Below, one piece after another: positions 26,250-32,450 of a DNA stretch of 32,450 nt. The notes beneath the pieces were generated by a model. It had not been told where the DNA came from and did not search any database. It saw nothing but the letters and a program-made list of their open reading frames with translations. Source of the DNA: a virus (taxonomy: Duplodnaviria; Caudoviricetes); the IMG/VR virus record IMGVR_UViG_3300030372_003529, positions 1 through 32,450 of that record; one strand, given 5' to 3'. Position numbers and translations under genes: made by a program. Each line of letters begins with the position of its first letter. Position 1 is the stretch's first letter.

Positions 26250-26434
26250 TAATTTTAATCTGTTGTATATTTTCAACCCTTATTCGTTTGGGTACTACGC
26301 TTTTGGGGATAAGGATATAGAAATTGGCTACCAAAAGATGACGACAAAGCCAGTAAGGTATTCCGAAGTAGATAACGCCTGTCGTGGTACAGAATCACCT
26401 GTAAATGAATCTGCCAACTTTAGATTGTGAATTG
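26250..26434 (+). ncRNA. Candidate highly structured ncRNA with three loop-mediated pseudoknot or kissing pairings
   Basis: A closing stem, four internal stems and three long-range complementarities were found by eye; many G-U pairs work only on the + strand. Confidence 0.6.
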
Positions 26435-26585
26435 ATACTAAAGTTACTTATATACTGCATGGGCTCGGCTCGGTAGGTAAAGTAGAGGGTTCTCCGTCTT
26501 ATATTTATATAGGATGTAGGGATTCCTCTACCTATTCCAACATTAACTCTCTCAATAGGTAAAGTAGTTTTAAAAGTATAAAGGG

Positions 26586-26658
26586 AAATTATAATTCAAA
26601 ATTATAAGTAAAAAATATAATTATAAAAACATGTTCAAAATTATAGGCATAAATTATA
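26586..26658. repeat. AT-rich tract with five AATTATA copies
   Basis: Copies starting at about 26587, 26600, 26619, 26639 and 26652. Confidence 0.55.
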
Positions 26659-26932
26659 ATTTTAAGAAATTCCAGAAAAATAGCCTCACTTTTCGGTGAA
26701 AATCGACTGAAAAAATCCAGATAAAAAACACGTCAAAAAACATTTAGTTGTATTATGCAACTATGACTATTCAAATCATGTGATGTAATTCTGACTATTT
26801 TGTGATTTACATTGTATAAAATACCCTTCAAATCTGTAAAAATAGCCTAAATTTACATTAATTTACAAGTTAACCAGATACACACCATAAAACCAAATTA
26901 ATTAATTTTTTAATCAATTGTTAATTTTTTAC

Positions 26933-26962
26933 TTGTAATTAATAAACTATTGTTAATATTTT
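26933..26962 (+). promoter_or_regulatory. Rightward early promoter with operator
   Basis: TTGTAA-18 nt-TATTTT; operator TAAACTATTGTTAA 26943-26956 abuts the -10 box. Confidence 0.5.
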
Positions 26963-27000
26963 TTACAGTTACTTAAAATTAATTATTAAGGTTTTTAATT

Positions 27001-27246
27001 ATGTTGAATAAATATTTAGTTATGGATTATGTCAATAATGAAATTGAAGAGGTTTCACAAATTACCATAAAAGACTTAAAAAAATCAAAAGAGAAATTTT
27101 TCAAACTTTCTCCAAATTCAAATTCTGTTTTCATATGTGATGGTTATGATAGGAAATACAAAGAGTACACAATTACAAATTATGAAACAGGGGCTGAAAA
27201 GTTTATAAAATCTAACCGAAAAATTTACATCGGTTTCACATACTAA
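27001..27246 (+). CDS. Hypothetical protein
   Basis: ORF track; AAGG RBS; first gene of the + early cassette. Confidence 0.7.
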   Translation: MLNKYLVMDYVNNEIEEVSQITIKDLKKSKEKFFKLSPNSNSVFICDGYDRKYKEYTITNYETGAEKFIKSNRKIYIGFTY

Positions 27247-27263
27247 AAATAAAGGGTTAAAAA

Positions 27264-27971
27264 ATGAAATATACACAATTACTTTCAATCAATGCAGACA
27301 CTAAAACAAGTAAGGGTAAAAAATACGGATATTTAACAGGGATTTTATATTTAGCCCCTCACAAAATATCTGGTCGTAATTTTTGTCCCAATGCTTCAAA
27401 AGGATGTGCTGAGGCGTGTTTATATTCTGCAGGCAGGGGTAAATTTACCAATGTACAACAGGCACGGATTAACAAGAGCCGTTATTTTATAGAGAATAGA
27501 CATGAATTTATGTTGAATTTGATTAATTCAATTGAAAAATTGATAAGAAAATCGGAGCGAGAAAATTTAATTCCTGTAGTACGCTTAAATGGGACAAGTG
27601 ACATTGCATGGGAAAATATTAAAATTAATCCGTATAGATTAAATATTTTCGAACTATTTCCAGCCGTTCAATTTTATGACTATACAAAGAGCTATAAAAG
27701 GATGATAAATACAGGTATTAAAAACTATCATTTAACTTTCAGCCGTTCCGAATCTAATGATTATGAGGTAAGGATTTTAAATCATTATGAGCCTAATGTT
27801 AATATTGCAATTGTATTTGATAAATTGCCGTCTACTTATTTAGGACGTAAAGTAATAAACGGTGACCTATCTGATTTACGGTTTAAAGATGATAAAAGTG
27901 TAATTGTAGGTCTATTGGCTAAGGGTGACGCTAAAAAGGATTTTAGTAATTTTGTAATTAGGGGGGCTTAA
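27264..27971 (+). CDS. Gp88-like protein (Cys-triad, radical-SAM-related phage family)
   Basis: LYLAP...CPNASKGCAEACL...GRG, VRLNGTSD, FYDYTK, NYHLTFSRSE, GDLSDLRF. Confidence 0.75.
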   Translation: MKYTQLLSINADTKTSKGKKYGYLTGILYLAPHKISGRNFCPNASKGCAEACLYSAGRGKFTNVQQARINKSRYFIENRHEFMLNLINSIEKLIRKSERENLIPVVRLNGTSDIAWENIKINPYRLNIFELFPAVQFYDYTKSYKRMINTGIKNYHLTFSRSESNDYEVRILNHYEPNVNIAIVFDKLPSTYLGRKVINGDLSDLRFKDDKSVIVGLLAKGDAKKDFSNFVIRGA

Positions 27972-27972
27972 T

Positions 27973-28080
27973 ATGGAATTACTTATTCATAATATACTTG
28001 TATTACTTTGTGCTATTGTAGCCGTAATACCATTAACAATAGATTTAATACTTAATAATAAAAAAGGCGGTAAAAAATGA
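27973..28080 (+). CDS. 35-aa membrane peptide
   Basis: MELLIHNILVLLCAIVAVIPLTIDLILNNKKGGKK; ATGA-coupled to the next gene. Confidence 0.55.
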   Translation: MELLIHNILVLLCAIVAVIPLTIDLILNNKKGGKK

Positions 28081-28280
28081 AAAAAATAAGAATAATAATA
28101 GATGTATTTGAAACTGAGGACGGATATAATACTTATAGAATAACAGACACAAGCGGAAACCCTGCAAATTTCTGTTTAAATGGTGGATGGGTCTATTACT
28201 CTGATAATGTGGATGATATTATACAAAATGCGCGTAATGAATACCAAATTGAGATAGTAGAAGATTACAGACCAGAATAA
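28077..28280 (+). CDS. Hypothetical protein
   Basis: ORF track; followed by a terminator. Confidence 0.65.
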   Translation: MKKIRIIIDVFETEDGYNTYRITDTSGNPANFCLNGGWVYYSDNVDDIIQNARNEYQIEIVEDYRPE

Positions 28281-28316
28281 AAAGCCGTACCAGAATACAC
28301 ATAACAAAAACACCAT

Positions 28317-28348
28317 AAAAGAGAGTCTACAATTTAGGCTCTTTTTTT
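28317..28348 (+). terminator. Intrinsic terminator
   Basis: AGAGTCTA-CAATT-TAGGCTCT followed by a T-run. Confidence 0.8.
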
Positions 28349-28933
28349 ATATCCAATACAATACCACTACTATAAAACAATCTAATTAAATACGCACGTT
28401 TTAACACGTTTTAAAAGTATTCTGTTATTCAATGTAACATCATGTTATTTAATGTTATTTAGAAATATATATAAACAGTTTAAATATAGGGTCAACGCGC
28501 CTCTTATAATCTTCAAAACATCTACTAAATTAGATATATCCTGTAAGGCTCACAGATAGCCCTTAAAAGGCGTAAAAATCCTCAGGGTATACCATAACAC
28601 CACCAGAACAATTTAACGAGCTTAAAAGGCTAATATTTAAAGCCGTTTTATTTATTGCATTGAATTTTACATTGGATTGCGTGACGTACTGAAGAAATTT
28701 CTCTGATATGGTTAACCAATTTACACCCAAATTTTACCCTAATTATTAGGCAATTTCCATGCACGTTTTGAACGTTTTTTCAGACCCCCCATTAGGGGGA
28801 TAAAGGCGTTTTGGTGTCGTGGGCTACTGTTCCTCAAAAAATGTAAAACTTAACTACCAAGAAAAAAATCAAAAGAACTACGAAGTTATCTACCATAGTA
28901 GTTAAATTACAGATATGGTAGTTAGGAGTTATT

Positions 28934-29611
28934 ATGACTAAATTAATAGAGAACCCACGTAAGGCACATGCTGCTGAGATATACGCATTAAATCCTGATA
29001 TTACTGCACAAGAAGTAGCAGACCAATTACAGATGAATGTGCGTACTGTGGTGAGTTGGAAGAAAGACCCTAATTTTATAGATGCTATATATGAGAGGTA
29101 TATGGTTGAGTTTGGTGGGGAGCTTCCTGCTGTGCTTAATGCTATGGTAAGAGAAGCTAAGTCTGGTAATGTACAGGCAGGTAGATTGGTATTAGAGCAT
29201 AGTGGTAAATTAGTTAAGAATGTTAATGTAACTGTAGATTCGCCTTTTGAAAAATTTATGAAGAAGATAGAAGTTGCTGATGTTGTTGATGGTGAGATTG
29301 AAGATGTGGTAGTTAATGAAATCATAAATGAGATTCCAGAAGAAGTGGTAGATTTATCTACCTTACCTGAACGTAATACTGAAAGTCAGAAGATGCGTGT
29401 TACTAATGAAAAGCGTAAGGTTAAGAAAGCTATTAAATCAGAAAAGCAAAAGGTTAAATATTTAAATCAGCGTAAGAAGTGGTACAAATGGAAGAAACGT
29501 GCTGAAGCTGTAGGAGTAGAACCATTATCTGCTAAACGCCCTACTAAAGGTCAACGTGTAGCATGGCAAGAAGAAATAGTAAGGAGAGAGAATGAAGAGA
29601 AAGACTCGTAA
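28934..29611 (+). CDS. terS: Putative terminase small subunit (N-terminal HTH)
   Basis: ITAQEVADQLQMNVRTVVSWKKDPNF HTH followed by AKSGNVQAGRLVLE, typical of phBC6A51-type small terminases; AGGAG RBS. Confidence 0.65.
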   Translation: MTKLIENPRKAHAAEIYALNPDITAQEVADQLQMNVRTVVSWKKDPNFIDAIYERYMVEFGGELPAVLNAMVREAKSGNVQAGRLVLEHSGKLVKNVNVTVDSPFEKFMKKIEVADVVDGEIEDVVVNEIINEIPEEVVDLSTLPERNTESQKMRVTNEKRKVKKAIKSEKQKVKYLNQRKKWYKWKKRAEAVGVEPLSAKRPTKGQRVAWQEEIVRRENEEKDS

Positions 29612-29753
29612 GGAATTAGAAGTAGAAATGCAGGAGCTTAGAGTACAGTTAGCTTCTTATAATACTTTGTTTAGTCTATATGTAGGGTATAAAGGTGATT
29701 CGGCTGAATTTCAAGCGTATCTAAAGGATAAAATAGGCAAAGCTAATGGTTAA
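29592..29753 (+). CDS. Hypothetical protein (53 aa)
   Basis: MKRKTRKELEVEMQELRVQLASYNTLFSLYVGYKGD...; AAGGAG RBS. Confidence 0.65.
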   Translation: MKRKTRKELEVEMQELRVQLASYNTLFSLYVGYKGDSAEFQAYLKDKIGKANG

Positions 29754-29901
29754 GTGCTATAATTGTGGTACAGAAATGATTTGGGGTAATGATTTTGACT
29801 TTGAGGACTTCGATTATGAAGGTAAAGGTGTAGTTTCCTGTTTTACTTGCCCTAAATGTGATACCTACGCTGAATTTGTAGTGCCTATGAAATCCCCATA
29901 A
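29746..29901 (+). CDS. 51-aa Zn-ribbon protein
   Basis: MVKCYNCGTEMIWGNDFD...FTCPKCDTYAEFVVPMKSP. Confidence 0.7.
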   Translation: MVKCYNCGTEMIWGNDFDFEDFDYEGKGVVSCFTCPKCDTYAEFVVPMKSP

Positions 29902-30142
29902 GCTGTATATCTTCTTCATCTAAGTATTCACACATACTTCTGTAAACTTCTTCTGTTATCTGTATATCGCCATCCATGCCTTCAAAGGATGTTTCTACTA
30001 TAGGCTCTACATTTAATTGTATATTGTCTAATTGGGATTGCATTGAGGAGAGTTTGTGAGTTAATTCTACCTGTTGAGTGAATATCAAGGTTAATACATC
30101 TCTAATTGCCTGTATTTCCCTAAAAAGCTTAAATATCTTCAT
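29885..30142 (-). CDS. Hypothetical protein
   Basis: GAGGT RBS; last gene of the terL-portal operon. Confidence 0.65.
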   Translation of the reverse strand: MKIFKLFREIQAIRDVLTLIFTQQVELTHKLSSMQSQLDNIQLNVEPIVETSFEGMDGDIQITEEVYRSMCEYLDEEDIQLMGIS

Positions 30143-30150
30143 GCTACCTC

Positions 30151-30549
30151 CTATAAAGCTTCATCTATTGCTTTTAAAAGCTCTTCTGTTAGCTTGTCTT
30201 GTTCTTCTTTGTCTATCTTAATAAATTCTCTTTGAGTATTCTTCCCAAACCCATCATTATGCATTTTACCATAGTCAAGCATATGCAGACCTTTTGAGTT
30301 GCCTTTTATGCTTTTATATAAAGCTCTTGTTTTGTAAAGTGGTTTTTTGCCATACTTAGCAAATTCAGCTTTAGTCCTTGAACGAGGTTTCTCTTTTGTA
30401 AGAGGTGGTAATACTTTACCTTTTTTAAGCATTTCTCTTGCAGTTTTAGCAGCAGCTTTGTAAACGCCAGTATCCATCTTCTTTTTAATCTTTTTATACT
30501 TTTTTAGAAGATTAGGAAAACTGAAGTTAGTTTCTATTACTACCTTCAT
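30151..30549 (-). CDS. Virion morphogenesis/neck protein-like
   Basis: PLYKTRALYKSI...YGKMHNDG...REFI resembles the Mu gpG/P2 gpS-type virion morphogenesis motif. Confidence 0.55.
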   Translation of the reverse strand: MKVVIETNFSFPNLLKKYKKIKKKMDTGVYKAAAKTAREMLKKGKVLPPLTKEKPRSRTKAEFAKYGKKPLYKTRALYKSIKGNSKGLHMLDYGKMHNDGFGKNTQREFIKIDKEEQDKLTEELLKAIDEAL

Positions 30550-31841
30550 TCTTTTTCACCACTCATAGCTTGTAGATGTGGGTCTTCCATAGCTTTTCTG
30601 TTAGATGCTATTATGGATTCGGCTTCTTCTCGTGTTAAATCTTTATTATACTTCATTAATAGCCCTTCTTCATCAACCATGTGATGCCTAAGCATATGCT
30701 CATCAAGTAATATCTGGTCTTGAACTGTTTTTGGATATTCTGGCTCATTAAAATCAATTTTTAACTCTTCAGGAAGAGAAATATTGTTGTATTGTGCAAT
30801 CTTTTTCTCAATTTCGTATAAATCATGCTCATACATGCGATATAAGTCTAAATCATCTTGATAATCTTCAAATCTCTCTAAGTCTTTAATCTTGAGTGCA
30901 ATCCCTGATGGAGTTTCTCCACCATCTTGAGCAAATTGCACATATAGATGATTATTCTGGGCAACCAAGTCTAATTGGAACTTAACTGACTCAATTACTG
31001 CCTGAATATCCCCTTCAGGAGCAGCAATACCAAAAGTAGAGCCTTCAGGCAAGTCAAGTATTGTATCGCTCCCTGCTCTTTCTAATTTTTTATCTCCATA
31101 CATTCCTGTAATGAATGGCTGACCAAACATCTGGAATCGTAAACCTAATTGAAGCTCTGTCATTGTAATATTTACCTGCTCATTACAGCTAACAATGTCA
31201 TTTGCTCCCTCTACAAAGAAAGAATCAACCTGCTCTTCTCTGTGAGAGAATAAAAATGGAATTACTCCATATCCATGCTCATATTCAGACATTATATTGC
31301 CATCTTCATCGTAATGAATGTATCTTTTATCATCCCAATACGCATATTGCAGTTTTTCTGTATTTGAAACATCATCTACATTCATTAAAATAGGATATGT
31401 AATTGCTACAGGGGTGAAGGGGTTCTCGTGAAGATGCACATCGAAGTAATACACAGGTCTGTAATCAAAGCAAGGGTTTGGGAGGTCATCACGATAAACA
31501 ACCTGTGTAGCAACAGAACCTACAAGACGAGTCATTCTTTCTACATGCTTCATTTTAACATCTTTTTTGCGAGTTAAGGAGGAGTACGAATCGCTCACAT
31601 TACGAGAAGCCCCTACAGTATAAATTCTTGACATTTTATTAATAAATCTTCGAGTAAAGTTTGCATTATACAAGGGAATTTCTCTAAAAGCATCAGCAGA
31701 AAAGTAATCATCAATATACTTATCTGTTTCTGTGCCTGTATAGTAGTCAAGAAGCTTGCGAATCTCGTTTCGTCTTTCTTTTGCTATATGCAGTTTATAT
31801 TCTTTAATTGACTCTTGTATGATGTCTATTGGATTCATCAT
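30546..31841 (-). CDS. Portal protein (SPP1-like)
   Basis: 431 aa, directly after terL; DYYTG, EHGYGVIPF, SGIALK and LKIDF motifs. Confidence 0.88.
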   Translation of the reverse strand: MMNPIDIIQESIKEYKLHIAKERRNEIRKLLDYYTGTETDKYIDDYFSADAFREIPLYNANFTRRFINKMSRIYTVGASRNVSDSYSSLTRKKDVKMKHVERMTRLVGSVATQVVYRDDLPNPCFDYRPVYYFDVHLHENPFTPVAITYPILMNVDDVSNTEKLQYAYWDDKRYIHYDEDGNIMSEYEHGYGVIPFLFSHREEQVDSFFVEGANDIVSCNEQVNITMTELQLGLRFQMFGQPFITGMYGDKKLERAGSDTILDLPEGSTFGIAAPEGDIQAVIESVKFQLDLVAQNNHLYVQFAQDGGETPSGIALKIKDLERFEDYQDDLDLYRMYEHDLYEIEKKIAQYNNISLPEELKIDFNEPEYPKTVQDQILLDEHMLRHHMVDEEGLLMKYNKDLTREEAESIIASNRKAMEDPHLQAMSGEKE

Positions 31842-32450
31842 CGTGAAATTACTCCTAATTCTCGTTGTCTAATTGGAAATCTGTTTAAAAAGAAATATCT
31901 AAAAGCATCCATTGAATGGTCATGCCTTCCATCTTTTACAGGGTCAGGCTTCAAGTCTTTGCCTTCTCCTGATTCAGGGTATCTGTAGTTTTCTAAGTCT
32001 TCTGCAAGCCCCATACATTTCTTATCTAAGTGTACAAACCTTTGCCCTTGTGCATTTTCTATGAAACCTCTAACATGGGTTGTACCTGATGCTATGTTTC
32101 GTGAAACTTTATCTCTTATGCTTTTTACATGTATGCCTTTACGCCTAAAAATTTCAATATCACCTAATCCTGATTGTCCCTGTGCTTGCATACCTGCAGG
32201 GTCGCCATAATACTCTCTAACAGCATATCTTTTTTCTTTAATCATTTCAGCAAATTCATCAGTTTTGATATTTTGTTTATGTACAATCTCATCTATTACA
32301 TTTATATGAACTAAACCACCCACAACATATGTCTGAAACCATAAAGCTGCAGGCATTCTATAACCAAAGTCTATTGAGCAAAAAGTTGGATAATTCGGAT
32401 TATAGGGAAATTCACCCATGTCAAGATTCCTATCAAAAGGATAAACTCTG
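31838..32450 (-). CDS. terL: Terminase large subunit, C-terminal RNase H-like nuclease part
   Basis: SIDFGY, YYGDPAG, DHSMDAFRY; continuous with 797..1 through the terminal repeat. Confidence 0.95.
   Translation of the reverse strand, partial: RVYPFDRNLDMGEFPYNPNYPTFCSIDFGYRMPAALWFQTYVVGGLVHINVIDEIVHKQNIKTDEFAEMIKEKRYAVREYYGDPAGMQAQGQSGLGDIEIFRRKGIHVKSIRDKVSRNIASGTTHVRGFIENAQGQRFVHLDKKCMGLAEDLENYRYPESGEGKDLKPDPVKDGRHDHSMDAFRYFFLNRFPIRQRELGVISR
32352..32449. repeat. Terminal direct repeat, copy 2
   Basis: Identical to 1-98. Confidence 0.97.

Noticed and set aside
26245-26430. 61-aa + strand ORF
   Set aside because: GTG start with a distant RBS and no recognisable motif; coincides with the candidate structured RNA, which explains the sequence better. 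Not formally excluded.
26746-26761. GTTGTATTATGCAAC as a dif/XerCD or attP site
   Set aside because: Lacks the 11-6-11 layout and the TTATGTTAAA XerD arm, and no integrase is present; fits the 13-bp operator family better.
18882-31393. Other overlapping ORFs (18882-, 19966-, 20505+, 21641-, 21727+, 21991+, 23598+, 24062+, 24327+, 25875+, 28834-, 31202+)
   Set aside because: They overlap better-supported genes in another frame or strand and show no motifs.
32352-32450. 98-bp repeat as a biological terminal repeat
   Set aside because: It lies in the middle of terL and has a k-mer-like length, so it is most likely an assembly overlap; the mismatch at the last base is probably an end artefact.
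1-32450. CRISPR array, alternative genetic code or lysogeny module
   Set aside because: No regularly spaced repeats; genes are intact in the standard code with all three stop codons used; no integrase or CI-type repressor recognised.

Overview
The window is an essentially complete, circularly permuted genome of an AT-rich tailed dsDNA phage of about 32,351 bp. Bases 1-98 recur at 32352-32449, and the terminase large subunit gene runs across that join. The gene set is siphovirus-like: scaffold, major capsid, lysis cassette, head-tail connectors, tail tube, a chaperone with a -1 frameshift, a 611-aa tape measure and tail-tip genes lie on the + strand (901-19125). DNA metabolism and early genes lie on the - strand (19245-26122). 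A small + strand early cassette (27001-28280) sits between two long non-coding regions, terS is on +, and a terL-portal operon is on -. I recognised no integrase, DNA polymerase, helicase, tRNA or CRISPR array. The most notable items are: (i) a ~190-nt intergenic segment (26250-26434, +) folding into a multi-stem RNA with three loop-mediated long-range pairings, plus a second multi-stem RNA at 21165-21335 (-); (ii) a dockerin domain at the tail-hub C-terminus followed directly by a cohesin-like gene, hinting at a Marinimicrobia-like host; (iii) five consecutive tiny Lys/Arg-rich genes; (iv) a GT29/Maf-like gene right behind the capsid gene; (v) two families of palindromic operators; and (vi) an apparent CCAG/CTGG depletion confined to one half of the genome. 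All family assignments are from motif recognition by eye, not database searches.
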